A program made the translations under genes and the position numbers. The notes beneath the pieces are model-generated. The model did not search any database and was not told the DNA's origin. It was given only the letters and a program-made list of their open reading frames with translations. From Eledone cirrhosa (Eukaryota): a DNA stretch of 64,000 bases. Shown one piece after another: positions 13,561 through 27,017 of this stretch. The stretch is from the NCBI GenBank assembly GCA_964016885.1, contig OZ024745.1:121334001-121398000 (forward strand). Reading direction: 5' to 3'. Positions within the stretch are counted from its first letter, which is position 1; each line of letters begins with the position of its first letter.

Positions 13561-14078
13561 TTGATATCTAGAGGGATAAAAGAAAAACAGATAGCCATGG
13601 CTGGAACGTCGATCGAAGACAGACAAGTCAGTATATATTTGTTGTGGATATTTATCCCTAGATCAGTTCTTTAAGGAATTCCAGCCTCGACCATCCCGTC
13701 TCAGTACATTTAAGACTACATGGATGCAGAATGACCAAATGGTTAAATCATTAGGTCCCAGGTTCGATCCTACAGTATGACATCTTGGACGATTATCATT
13801 TACCATAGCCTCGGATAGATCCATGCCTTGTCAGAGGAATTTGGTAGACGGAAACTGTATGGAAGTCCGTTGGATTTGAGTGTGCCTGTAATTCAAATGG
13901 CCTGCCTCGTCACACACTGTGTCACGCTGAATTTCCCCAAGAACTACGTTTAAGGTACACGTGTCTGTGGAAGGCTCAGTCACTTACTCGGTAATTGAAT
14001 CAACTGAAACTGTCATAGTCGAAATATTAGAGACTACATTATCCAATGTAGTTTTACCTTATCCGTTGTATAGGTAAG

Positions 14079-14343
14079 GTGGGGAATTGGCAGAGTTAAG
14101 ACGTCGGGTAGAATACTTTACGGTATTTGTCCCACCTCATTGCATGCTCTGAGTTCAAATCCCGCCGTGGTCAACTTTACCTTTCATTCTTTCGAGGTCG
14201 ATAAAGAAAGTACCAGTCTAGTACTGAGGTCGATTCTTCCTCTATAGAAAACCTGGAGAAGATTGGGCTCCACCAGGTTTAAAAGTGCCCTAGACCCACC
14301 GTATGACAGTGCCTCTAGGACTCCACAAGGAATTATGGGATCT
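14079..14343 (+). mobile_element. Family A SINE with structured alternative tail
   Basis: 20-bp TSD TTATCCGTTGTATAGGTAAG at 14059-14078 and 14344-14363; duplicated at ~27820-28085. Confidence 0.9.
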
Positions 14344-14364
14344 TTATCCGTTGTATAGGTAAGC

Positions 14365-15006
14365 TAGCAGGTTAAACTGACATCAACATGTATAGTTGCA
14401 CACGTGATACATGTTCTACAGTAGTATAACACTACTTAACATGTAGCAGGTTAAACTGACATCAACATGTATAGTTGCACACGTGATACATGTTCTACAG
14501 TAGTATAACACTACTTAACATGTAGCAGGTTAAACCGACATCAACATGTATAGTTGCACACGTGATACATGTTCTACAGTAGTGTAACACTATTTAACAT
14601 GTAGCAGGTTAAACCGACATCAACATGTATAGTTGTACACGTTATACATGTTCTACAGTAGGATAACACTACTTAACATGTAGCAGGTTAAACCGACATC
14701 AACATGTATAGTTGCACACGTGATACATGTTCTACAGTAGTGTAACACTATTTAACATGTAGCAGGTTAAACCGACATCAACATGTATAGTTGCACACCT
14801 GATACATGTTCTACAGTAGTGTAACACTACTTAACATGTAGCAGGTTAAACCGACATCAACATGTGTAGTTGCACACGTGATACATGTTCTACAGTAGGA
14901 TAACACTACTTAACATGTAGCAGGTTAAACCGACATCAACATGTGTAGTTGCACACGTGATACATGTTCTACAGTAGGATAACACTACTTAACATGTAGC
15001 AGGTTA
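14365..15006. repeat. 79-bp satellite array, ~8 copies
   Basis: Unit TAGCAGGTTAAACCGACATCAACATGTATAGTTGCACACGTGATACATGTTCTACAGTAGTATAACACTACTTAACATG; starts at 14365, 14444, etc. Confidence 0.97.
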
Positions 15007-15029
15007 AAAGCAGCATAAACGAGAGAATG

Positions 15030-15128
15030 GGTGTACGTATATATGTCTATACGCATGCATGTATGTGTGTATGTTTATATGCATATATATATATGCATGT
15101 ATGTGTTTGTGTGTGTATGTTAATGTGC

Positions 15129-15161
<33 letters not shown>

Positions 15162-15810
15162 CATGTATATATGAATGTATGCATGTATGTATGTATGAAT
15201 GTATGTATGCATATATATGTGTGTTGTGTAGTATTGTGTTTGTGTATGTGTGCATGCATATACATGGCTGTGTTTATGCATGTATGTATATATGCATATA
15301 TGTGTGTGTGTGTGTGTGTCCATGCATGTATATATGTATGCATATATGTGTGCTTGTGTGTGTATATATATATATGTATATATGTATGTGTTGATGTATG
15401 TTTTTGTGTGTGTATGTATATAAGTATGTGAATATATGTATGTATGTGTTGATGTATGTTTTTGTGTGTGTATGTATATAAGTATGTGAATATATGCATG
15501 TATGTGTTGATGTATGTTTTTGTGTGTGTATGTATATAAGTATGTGAATATATGCATGTATGTGTTGATGTATGTTTTTGTGTGTGTATGTATATAAGTA
15601 TGTGAATATATGCATGCATGTGTTGATGTATGTTTTTGTGTGTGTATGTATATAAGTATGTGAATATATGCATGTATGTGTTGATGTATGTTTTTGTGTG
15701 TGTATGTATATAAGTATGTGAATATATGCATGCATGTGTTGATGTATGTTTTTGTGTGTGTATGTATATAAGTATGTGAATATATGCATGTATGTGTGTA
15801 TATGTATGAT
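15030..15810. repeat. TG/TA-rich low complexity including a ~58-bp minisatellite (~7 copies, 15385-15790)
   Basis: Direct reading; explains the ORFs at 15004-16039. Confidence 0.92.
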
Positions 15811-16795
15811 GTTGTAGTATTGTCTGTGTGTTACGTTGGTGGTTGGACGAGGAAATTTGTTTGAATATATTTGAATATTTCTGTTCAAAAGAATTTCTGC
15901 AGTGTCCCCCCCCACCACCACCACCACAACCACCACAACCACCACCACTACTACTACTACTACTACAACAACAACAACAACATCCATGGAATTTCATAGA
16001 AAGAGGAGACTTAATACTATGCTCTGAGTAGTTCACCACGGATTGTTGATTGTGATATTAATACAGTTTATATTTATATGCTCTGTTTATATTTTCATTC
16101 TCAAAAATCTATGAAACTACATACATGTTGCAACTCTCTCTAAGAGAGGGGGGGGGTATGAGTGAGAGAGAGAGAGAGCGGGGGTATGAAAAAAAAGGGA
16201 GAGGGGTTGAGAAAGAAAGAAAGTTTAAGCAAAGAATCGCTGCTGTCGTCAACATTAACGGGATCTTCTTAAACTAAAAAATTCAATCTGTGAACGCAGA
16301 ATTAAATATTTCGAGAAACGTTGCAACCGAAGGAAAACAGGAAGACGATATTTTGGTTCGTGAAGACGTTCCCTGGTAATGAACGGAAAAAAAGCGAGGA
16401 TAATACGTCGTTATGTGGAGCTAGAAGAACAATTTCATGCAAAGACGAGACCAAGTTTATGGTGTAAATGGAGTCGTTAGACTAATATTCTATTTAAAAT
16501 AACCGAATGATTTCCAGCTCCGGAGTGATGTAAATAAAATTGTAAACGAAAATGATAGAAGTTATTAAAATAGTTGTTTCTACTTTTGGCACAAGGCCAG
16601 CAATAACCCAGTACATTACTGGTACTTTATTTTATTGATCCCGTAACGATGAAAGGCAAAGTCAACCTCGACGGGATTTTAACTTTGCCTTAAAATAGTA
16701 AAAGTAAATAGTGAAAATTTAGGCCAATACATACGTATGCGCCGACGGACATACACATACATATACATACGCACACACAAATACATACACACACA

Positions 16796-16837
<42 letters not shown>

Positions 16838-16838
<1 letters not shown>

Positions 16839-17279
16839 GTGTGTGTGTAAACCTTATGCATTTCTACAGTATTTTCACCAAACTTAAGACATAGGTTACT
16901 TATGTACTCCGGATGGTCATGGGCACTTTCATTTTTCCAGATATTGATTATAGGGCCCCCCGGCAGATAACCCCCTTTAACCACTTCCTTGGAGTCGACT
17001 GAAGCACTGCAGTGCAATGCAACAAAACGTTATAACTTCTGAAGTTCGCAACCGATTTTCACAAAACTTGACACATGGGCTACGTTTGTCCTACAGATGA
17101 ATGTGAACTCTCAGAATTGGCACATATTGAGTAGGGGACCCCTGGGGGCAGGAACCCCCTTTTGGAAAAAGCCGCTGGTTTTGTAAAAGTATAGTTTTCC
17201 AAGCAGCACTGAAGTATTGACATAAATGGTATACATAACTGGTATTTAATACTCGAGCAACGCCGGGTACCTCTGCTAG
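16838..17279 (+). mobile_element. Non-autonomous Helitron, 3' part
   Basis: 3' hairpin CTCGAGCAACGCCGGG then CTAG|T at 17276-17280; internal ACCGATTTTCACAAAACTT motif; 5' end not seen. Confidence 0.7.
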
Positions 17280-17418
17280 TCAATGATAAACGTTGATTGC
17301 CAAATGAATTAATTATGTAGATATAAAAGATACAGAAGCGAAAACCAACCAAACAGTGAGTGTGTTTTGTTATTATTTCTGGTAATATTATTATAACAAT
17401 ATGACCCTCCCCAAGTAT

Positions 17419-17479
<61 letters not shown>

Positions 17480-17626
17480 GTAATAAGAACCCCACTACGG
17501 TGAAATACAAGTCCTTCAACATGCTGAAAATAACTACCAAATATGTCTCAAATAACACTCGTCCGTTATTAAAAACAAACTAATGTGGAGTGTGGATATA
17601 CAATATCTTTCATGAGAAACATAAGT

Positions 17627-18000
17627 GTTTCTACTATTGGCACAAGGCTAGCAATTTCCCCAGTGTATTACTGGTGCTTTATTTTATCAATCCCGAAATT
17701 ATGAAAGGCTAAGTTAACCTCGGCGGGATTTGAAATCAGAACGTAAAGGGCCATAACTCCATGCAACAAAACATGATGTCTGACGCTCTACCGATACTGC
17801 CATTCCACCATTAGAAATATAATGGTTTCTTATATAGGCACAAGGCCAGCAATTTTGGGGGAGGGGAAATCGTTACTGGTACTTTATTTTATCGACCCCG
17901 TAAGGATGGAAGGCAAAGTTAACCACGGCGGGATTTGAACTCAGACCGTAAAGGACCGTAACTCTATGCTGCAAAGCATGGTGTCTGCCAATCCTCCATT
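17627..18000 (-). mobile_element. Two tandem family A SINEs
   Basis: Reverse-complement head and core motifs. Confidence 0.85.
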
Positions 18001-18280
18001 AGAAACATGATAATGAAAGATCATACATAATCTAATTAAGAATGAGACAGTGGACTGTGTGGGAGATATGATTTATCTGTCGTTTGTGTTTAATTTTAGA
18101 CAGAATGGTTGCCAAAAACCACACTTTTTATCAACACAATTAAGTTGTGATAAAGAACAGCCTTTATTTTCAAGACAACTAGGTGTAAATTCCATTCTTT
18201 GATTGGGTACAGCCTCCAAGTATTGTAAATTATTTTATATATATATACTTAAATAATATAGTCAGTACTTATTTATAAGT

Positions 18281-18310
<30 letters not shown>

Positions 18311-18312
<2 letters not shown>

Positions 18313-18737
18313 CGATATTAAATAAATGGAAACTATATTTATAAAACCATATTTATTTCATTATATATATTTCAGGGATATCATATTAACAATATGCTAT
18401 GCCTTCCTCAGACAAAATACAATATAGACAGTTTTATAGATAAATAGATTTGACATACCGTTCAACATCGACTTGTATTTGAAAAGTTGATTTGGCTGTT
18501 GAACGGTATGTCAAATCTATTTATCTATAAAACTGTCTATATTGTATTTTGTCTGAGAAAGGCATAGCATATTGTTAATATGATATCCCTGAAATATATA
18601 TAATGAAATAAATATGGTTTTATAAATATAGTTTCCATTTATTTAATATCGTAAATATACTCCAAATACTTGTCGAGTCCTTTTATATCAGTTATAAATA
18701 TTTACTAGTTGTAACCCAACAATTTAAATATAACTTT

Positions 18738-18738
<1 letters not shown>
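18311..18738. mobile_element. Fold-back PLE-type element (hammerhead family 3) with 157-bp arms, in (TA)n
   Basis: Arms 18311-18467/18497-18653 differ at one base seen; unique 3' extension to ~18738. Confidence 0.85.
18354..18419 (-). ncRNA. Type I minimal hammerhead ribozyme (family 3)
   Basis: Minus strand: stem I TATTTTGT, CTGAGGA core, stem II AGG.ATA.CATATT-gtt-AATATG.TAT.CCT, GAAA, palindromic short stem III ending in ATA, stem I' ATGAAATA. Confidence 0.7.
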
Positions 18739-18773
<35 letters not shown>

Positions 18774-18785
18774 TCCTATATAAGT

Positions 18786-18819
<34 letters not shown>

Positions 18820-18820
<1 letters not shown>

Positions 18821-18925
18821 GATAAGTTCAGCTAGCTCCCTGCCGTCCTAATACTGCTGGGTTAGCTCGGATTTAGCTGTCAAAACGGCCGGAGCTCAGC
18901 CGTCGAAGTCCTCACTCTTTTCTTA
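18820..18925 (+). mobile_element. Degenerate hammerhead family 2 fragment between TA tracts
   Basis: TAGCTGTCAAAACGGCCGGAGCTCAGCCGTCG resembles TAGCCGTCGAAACGGCTTGAGCTCAGCCGTCG. Confidence 0.55.
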
Positions 18926-18943
18926 TATATATATATGTATATG

Positions 18944-19389
<446 letters not shown>

Positions 19390-19629
19390 GCATATATATA
19401 TATATATACACACACACATATATATATGAGAAAATGAGGGGTTTTTTATAAACAAAAAAACAAAAGAAAAAGAAAAAAATGAGATGTCTTACACGGGTGA
19501 AAGTATAAGGAAGAGAAATCGAAAATGCAACTGGAGTCTTTTTTAAAATATTTATTTATTTCCTTTACCGGTTTCACAGTTCTTATGCTTTTCATAAGTA
19601 AAACTGGAGGGTTTGTGGTTTGTCTCGCA

Positions 19630-19935
19630 TCTGATGCGGGATTTGAACTCAGAACGTAAAGGGCCATAACTCTATGTCGTGAAGCAGGGTGTCCGACGCT
19701 CTACAGATACTGCCAATCCACCTGGTTTCCGATTCAGGTACAAGGCCAACAATTTTGAGGGAGGGGAAGTCGATTAATCAACCCCTGTGTGTTACTGGTG
19801 CTTTATTTTAACGAACCCCGTAAAGATGAAAGGCAAAGCTAAGTTCTGCGGGATTTGAACTCAGTACGCAAAGGGCCATAACTCGATACGGTAGACCATG
19901 TTGTCCGACTCTCTACTGATACTGCCCAGCTACTG
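19630..19935 (-). mobile_element. Two tandem family A SINEs
   Basis: Reverse-complement motifs. Confidence 0.8.
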
Positions 19936-20155
19936 CCCTAACCGACGTTAAAAGATAAGTTTTGCTGTGTAAACAAATATTACAGATGACTGATTGGTTA
20001 AGAAGTTCGTTGAGAATTTCGTGAACGGTTACACGTGTCTGTGGAATAGGGCCGGACGGACCTTCCCTTTCTGAAGCCTTAAGATATATGAAATTTGAGG
20101 CCTTAATTTTTGATGATTTAGTGTTAAAGAATAAAAACTAATGATAAAATAAATA

Positions 20156-20230
20156 CAGTTATTCCCCGGTATTCGCGAGGGTTACGTTCCTCGAAGAGTG
20201 AAAACCCGCGAATAATGGACGTGGTCCATA
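20156..20230 (+). mobile_element. Tigger/pogo-like left end
   Basis: TA|CAGTTATTCCCCGGTATTCGCGAGGGTTACGTTCC resembles Tigger-type TIRs; no right end found. Confidence 0.45.
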
Positions 20231-20743
20231 AAAATGTCTATACGGCGGGTAAGCCTTTTCTGCAACGTTGAGCAAATAAAATTCTACAATTCTAAAAAAA
20301 TCCTGCCAAAATGTTGCTATAATAATTACTAGACCGTTTCTCACTCAATTAGCACAGTCGGCGGGATCTCACTGCAAATTGAGCCGAGATTAAACTGTCT
20401 GTGACTACAATTTAATTAGATACTTGGAAGCAGTGAGTTGCTGAAATAAATATACTTATATATTATATGCTCGTTATAAAGAATCTATAAGGGCAAAGAC
20501 AAACGCAAAGTCATACACATACACGAACGCACTCACACGGGTGTGTATATACAGATAAAATTCCGTTATAACGAATACCATTATAAGGAATTTTTCAGTA
20601 TAACGAAATTTTTTTAAATCCCAGAGGTAATAACAAAGTTCGATTTTTTTCAGTCAATTTCGTTATAAAGAACTGCTTGCATGTTAATTCCGTGAGCATG
20701 CTAGGACACGCATTGTTGAAACCGAGAGAGGTCCATTGATATA

Positions 20744-20902
20744 CAGTGAAATTCCGTTATAACGAAATTCACGGGTTATAAAAAATTTCGTTGTAACGAA
20801 AAATTCTTTATAACGAGATCGACCGAAACACATCAAACGGGCGGCCGGGATAGAAAAAAATTTCTTTATTCTGAAAAATTCGTTATAATGGAATTTTACC
20901 TG
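20744..20902. mobile_element. Tigger/pogo-type MITE (related pieces at 20552-20670, 21959-22098, ~22800-22894)
   Basis: TA|CAGTGAAATTCCGTTATAACGA ... TCGTTATAATGGAATTTTACCTG|TA with internal TTATAACGAA repeats. Confidence 0.8.
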
Positions 20903-21123
20903 TATACAAACACCCACATGATGTCATTTGTTTCATCAACGAAAGATACATTAAACGTCATAAATGGTGTGGGAAAGAGGAACTGAGAGGATTTATGGTA
21001 ATAAACCCTGCTACCAGGGGTCACTGATTCTAGATGTCTTTTAAAGTTCATCTCCATAGGTTGTCGACGTTCATTTAGTTTGATTTCATGTCAGTGGGGA
21101 CCATAACTTGCTTAGAATGGATT

Positions 21124-21222
21124 GGAAATGGGGGGGAAATAATCAATAATGAATTAGCTTGGGCATCTCTCTTTCTCCCTCTCTCTCTATATATATATAG
21201 AGAGAGAGAGAGAGAAGAATAC

Positions 21223-21276
<54 letters not shown>

Positions 21277-21545
21277 AGAAGGAGAAAGAGAGATGCCCAA
21301 GCTAATTCATTATTGATCCAGTATCGGTAGAGGGTCGGACGCCATGCTTTCCAGCATAGTTACGGCCCTTTACGATCTGAGTTCAAATCCCGCCGAGGTT
21401 GACTTTGCCTTTCATCCTTACGGGGTCGATAAAATAAAGTACCAGTAATGCACTGGGTAATTGCTGGCCTTGTGCCTAAAGTAGAAACAATTATTGATCA
21501 TTTTCCCCCATTTCCTGATGATTTGTCCCGAATAAAACAGTTCAA
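21124..21545. mobile_element. Fold-back element with TA/GA microsatellite core, interrupted by a family A SINE (21320-21490) and ending in a degenerate family 1 hammerhead
   Basis: 37-bp perfect IR ATCAATAATGAATTAGCTTGGGCATCTCTCTTTCTCC; SINE TSD ATTATTGATC; CTGATGA-TTTGTCCCGAAT-AAAACAGTTC at 21515. Confidence 0.7.
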
Positions 21546-21679
21546 CCTTATGGGAGATTATCAAATATAAAGATTTACATATACACAAACTTGACAAAGT
21601 CACAGATATATATGTTTTGGCAACCATTCACGATGTGGCTCAATGATGAATTAATAAATTAAATAATCAGAGCAATATA

Positions 21680-21725
<46 letters not shown>

Positions 21726-21799
21726 AATCGATCGACTTTCGTCAAATCGGACCGAGGAAACAATGTTTCCGTCGGTCTTTCCAGTTGCTAGTACTATCT

Positions 21800-22320
21800 A
21801 TCGGTCGCAACTCCAGGTAGAAGGAACAACGTGAAATAAAGTGTCTTGCCCAAGGACATAACGCATCGCCCGGTCCACGAATCGAACTCACAACCTCAAG
21901 ATTGTGAATCCAATTCTGTAACCACTCAGCCACACGCCTTCACATATATATATATATACAGGTAAAATTCCGTTATAACGAAATTTGTTCAATCCTCGGA
22001 CACACGGTCGGTTGTTAGGTCGATCTCGTTATAAAGAATTTTTCGTTATAACGAATTATTTTATACGCCGTGAATTTCGTTATAACAGAATTTCACTGCA
22101 TATATATATATCATGTTGTGCCCGTCCACTCAGTTTGCAAAGCTGAGTTGTACCTGTAATTCGGAGGGGGCAGCCTTGTCACATTCTGTCACTGGGAACT
22201 ACGTTAAAGGTACACGTGTCTGTGGAATGCTCAGCCACTTGCAAGTTAATTTCACTAGCAGGCTCTTCCGTTGATCATATCAACTGGAACACTCGTCGTT
22301 GTAACCGACGGAGTACCAAT
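21800..22320. mobile_element. Family B SINE pieces flanking a pogo-type MITE
   Basis: Minus-strand head 21800-21940; plus-strand tail 22115-22320. Confidence 0.7.
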
Positions 22321-22461
22321 TATATATAACAACAGAATAAGATTCTATATTTATCCTAGATCAGTTTTTTCCTCTGTATAGTATTGTGTATTGTTTTAAC
22401 ATCATGCCGCATAGAAAGGTACTACCGTCTTGACATTTGTTATGTTGCTGTCGATCACACA

Positions 22462-22758
22462 TATGTATGTATGTGTGTATGTATGTATGTATGTATGTAT
22501 GTATGTATGTATGTATGTATGTATGTATGCATGTATGTATGTATGTATGTATGTATTATGTATGTATGTATGTATGTATGTATGTATGTATGCATGTATG
22601 TATGTATGTATGTATGCATTATGTATGTATGTATGTATGCATGTATGTATGTATGCATGTATGTATGTATGTATTATGTATGTATGTATGTATGTATGTA
22701 TGTATGTATGTATGTATGTATGTATGTATGTATGTATAATGTGTGTGTGTATGTATGT
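22462..22758. repeat. (TATG)n microsatellite
   Basis: Direct reading. Confidence 0.97.
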
Positions 22759-22994
22759 AGACACTTTATTTCACGTTGCTCTTTCTTCCAGGAGTTGCGA
22801 GCCATTGTCTGTTAATGCCTCGGTGGATTGAAAAATATGTCATTATACTGAAAAATTCGTTATAATGGTAATCGTTATAACGGAATTTTACCTGTATATA
22901 TTTATATGTGTATGTATGAATATATGCGTTATGTAGTGGTCAACAATAACAGCCCGAACTAGCTAATGAAAGATTGTTATTAAAGCCTACAAGG

Positions 22995-24290
22995 GTGGTG
23001 GATTGGCAGAATAGGTAGAGCGTCGGACACCATACTTTGTAGCATAGAGTTACGGCCCTTTATGATCTGAGTTCAAATCCCGCCGAGGTTAACTTTGCCT
23101 TTCATCCTTACAGGATCGATAAAATAAAGCACCAGTAATGCACTGGTGTCGATTTAATCGACTTGCCCCGCCCCTTAAATTGCTGGCCTTGCGCCTATAG
23201 TAGATATCATTATTACAGCCTACAAAAGTCGAGCATATTACCACTGTTACCATTTGAGATTTGAGTGAGCAGAATACGTATTTTACCTGAACTCCTAACA
23301 TTATTGTTTAGGGCGGTGGATTGGCAGTGTCGGTAGAGGGTCGGACGCCATGCTTTGACGTATAGAGTTACGGCCCTTGCCATTCTGAGTTCAAATCCCG
23401 CCAAGGTTAACTTTGCCTTTCATCCTTACGGGGTCGATAAAATAAAGTACCAGTAATGCACTGGGTAATTGCTGGCCTTGTGCCTAACGTAGAAACAATT
23501 ATTGCTTAATCGTGGCGGTGGATTGGCAGCAACAGTAGAAGGTCGGACGCTATGCTTTGCAGCATAGAGTTACGGCCCTTTACAGTCTGAGTTCAATTCC
23601 TGCCAAGGTCAACTTTGCCTTTCATCCTTACAGGGTCGATAAAATAAAGTACCAGTAATGCACTGGATAATTGCTGGCCTTGTGCCAAATGTAGAAACAA
23701 TTATTGCTTAAGCATTTCAATTCAATGGACCTCCGTCAGTTTCGACGGCGAGTTTTCCAGTTGTTTGAGCAACAGAACAACGTGCTTATGAAATGAATGC
23801 GCAAGTGACTAAGAATTCCACAGACACGTGTATCGTAAATGTAATTCTTAGGGATATTCAGCATGACACAGCATGTGACATGCTTAGTCTTTTGAGTTAC
23901 AGCAATAATCCACCCGACAAACTTCCGAATAATTTCCATCTACCCGAGGTATGGGTCGACTCGAGGTTATGGTAAATGACATTTGCCGAAGGTGACACAC
24001 AGGGGATTGAACCCGAGACCTAATGATTGCTAAGAAGACTTCTAAACCATTCGGCCATGAAACATTTAATAACGATTTCTACTATATTCACAAGGCCAGC
24101 AATTTAGGGGAGGGGAAAGTCGATTAAATCGAACCCAGTACATTACTGGTGCTTTATTTTATAGACCCCGTACGGATGAAAGGCAAAGCTAACCTCAGCC
24201 GGATTTGAACTCAGAAAGTAAAGGGTCGTAACTCTGTGCCACAAAGCATGTTGTCCGACGCTCTACCGATATGGCCAATCCACCGCCTTT
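22995..24290. mobile_element. SINE cluster: three family A (plus), family B (minus, ~23790-24060), family A (minus, 24075-24290)
   Basis: SINE head and core motifs. Confidence 0.85.
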
Positions 24291-25377
24291 GTAACTAAAA
24301 ATAGTTTCTAATTTAAGCGCAAAGCCTACAATTTGAGAGGAAGGAGGGAAAAGTCGACTTCCAGGCTATGAAAGCTTTTTAAGTCTTCTCTAGAAACTAT
24401 CAATATTTTTCTAATTTTGATATAAAAAACAAAGATAAACCTTTCCCAAATTACTGTTAAGAATTAAAAAACACAAGATTTCAAGATTGTTTTATAGAAA
24501 AATATAACCGTTGAGATGCCCCCACCTCACTTATCGCTCTGAAATGTAGTTAATATGTCGCTATCTTCAATATTCCACCACCATCCGTCCACCCACCAAT
24601 CTCTAAGACAAATAATGTTACTAATATGAAGAATCATCATACCTCTCCCCCACCCGTGCTACAGAATAACTGCTGAGAATAAATAACACGCATGGCATGA
24701 TTATCTGGCAGTGAAGTTGTCGCCTGCTGAGTGGAAAACAAATAAGAGCTGTTCCGGAAAACTGCAGAGCTACGGGAGATAACCCCGCCACCATATACAC
24801 GCTCTCCACTCTCTGAACAAAAAAAAATATATATATGAAATATTAAACAAAATAAAAGATGAGAAAAAGTAGAAAAACCACAGGAAAAAAGCTAGCTATG
24901 ATCAGTGAGAAAGAATAACATTGATGATATCGCCTTATTAGATATAAGGGAGATCAGAAAGCTCTGTAGGAGCTCGTGGTGGGGTTAATTTGCAACTAGG
25001 TTTCGATATCCGGCACCAGCATTAATATATTTGGGAGAAGTATGAACGCCATGGTATTCTATTTCGACTTCAATCAAAATATGTGGCCCAGTAGCTATAT
25101 CAGAAAATATTACTACGCTTAGAAAAGGGCAATGGGTTGGCAGAATTAATTGAGTGATTGTGAAAATGATTTATGGTATTTAGTTACGTCCCTTTTCTAA
25201 TGGCACCAAATCCTGCTGGGGCGAGGTTGGCTTTCATCTTTCAAGAATAGATAAAAACAAACAAGTATCAGTCTAGAACTGGAGTCGACTATATCCAGGA
25301 CCTGATTAAAATAGCTAGGTGTTCTAGACTATAGAACATTTGGGGGCCCCAGCACCTGCTTGCAAGAAAATTAATGA

Positions 25378-25750
25378 TTTCTAGTATAGGCACAAGGCCA
25401 GTAATTTGGGGGGAGGGGAAAGTCGATTAAATCGACCCCAGTACATTACTGGTGCTTTGTTTTATCGACCCCGTAAGGATGACAGGCAAAGTTTACCTCG
25501 GCGGAATTTGAACTCAGACCGTAAAGGACCGTAACTCTATGCTGTAAAGCATGGTGCCCGACTCTACCGATACTGCCAATCCATCGATCTTTGCCAGAAC
25601 ATAAAGGGCGGTAACTCTATGCTTCAAAGCATGGTGCCCGACTCTACCGATACTGCCAATCCACCGATCTTTGCCAGAACGTAAAGGCCGGTAACTCTAT
25701 GCTTCAAAGCATGGTGCCCGACTCTACCGATACTGCCAATCCACCGCCCT
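25378..25750 (-). mobile_element. Family A SINE with triplicated 5' head, apparently inserted in an older hAT-like MITE (~25295-25933)
   Basis: 21-bp TSD TGCTTGCAAGAAAATTAATGA at 25357-25377 and 25751-25771; three tandem copies of the head segment. Confidence 0.85.
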
Positions 25751-26156
25751 TGCTTGCAAGAAAATTAATGAAAATCAAAAGTACATAAATGGACGCCTTT
25801 TATACATAGAACGATATGATATTTAAGAAATGTATTCAATAACAATTCTAATATTTTGATATATATTTGAAAGTGAGCAGGGTGGGGTCCTGGGCTGCAG
25901 CTCACTTATCCTAGATGTAAACCCGGTACTTTGCTAACATTAGAGATCATTCGTGCACCTGATTCAGAAATATATATAACTCGACATGAGAGTAAAGGGC
26001 TCCTTTCCGTCAGGTTTAGTACCAACCTTCTAGATGCCTGACTGAATAATGCTTTCGTATACAGGCACAAGCCCAACAATTTTGGGGGAGGGGAAAGTTG
26101 ATTAAATCCACCCCAGTGTGTGACTTGTACTTTATTTTATCGACATCCTGAGTCAA

Positions 26157-26216
26157 AAATAAACACACTACCTTACACTGTGGACCCTGTCTGAGTGTAA
26201 GGTAGTGTGTTTATTT
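26157..26216. repeat. Perfect 23-bp inverted repeat with 14-nt loop
   Basis: AAATAAACACACTACCTTACACT / AGTGTAAGGTAGTGTGTTTATTT. Confidence 0.95.
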
Positions 26217-27017
26217 ATCGAACCAGCTTCTTTCCTTGGACATGTGCGCACGCGCATAACACCCAAACACTGCATCGCAGGAACTGTGGAACACATAGTT
26301 CCATACAAGGATTTTTATAATTTTTTCATGAACGAGGGGTTGGCTACGGACACTTTAGCTTAAGGATTATATAATGTACAAGTATAAAGAAAGAATTAAA
26401 GAAAAAAAGATTCATTATATTGAATGTTATCGATTATATCGAGTGAAAATAGGGGGTGTTGCAGTTCTGCAGTTCCTATACACGAACCACCATTGCTGGG
26501 GAAGCAACTTCATTTTTCCAGTTGGCTTTTCTCCAGCAACACTTCTGAATAATTTACCAATGCACATAATTTTGGCAAATCAACTAATTAATAATTATTT
26601 TAGATATTTAACTAAAATTATAACTGATAAGTTTATGAAGAAATTAGGCTAGTTTGTGTAACTGCCACATTCGTATATTAATTATAAAATAGTCGAATAA
26701 ATAAACTTAGTTTATTTACATTGCAAGTAAACTGTTAAGACTGATATTTAGGCGGCGAACTATTGGTCAGGACACTTTAGTTTAATGGTTATCGCAATCG
26801 TCTGGCACACAGCAGATGTGTTGTTCGATTCATATCGGCGTCTCTGACCAACTTTAAGTGTTATTTAACTGATTTATTCGATTATTTTATAGTTAATATA
26901 TGAATTTTTGTTAAGTTTTTAATAGTGTAAAATTACACACACATGTACACCAGGTCTGAACACAGACGAATCAAGCTCCCGCTTTTTTTATTGACCTCGA
27001 AAGGATGAAAAGCAAAG

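Noticed and set aside
14365-15006. 79-bp array (also 28105-29025) as a CRISPR array or twister ribozyme repeat
   Set aside because: There are no unique spacers or cas genes and the context is eukaryotic; TAACAC is present but the twister P4 and pseudoknot elements could not be built.
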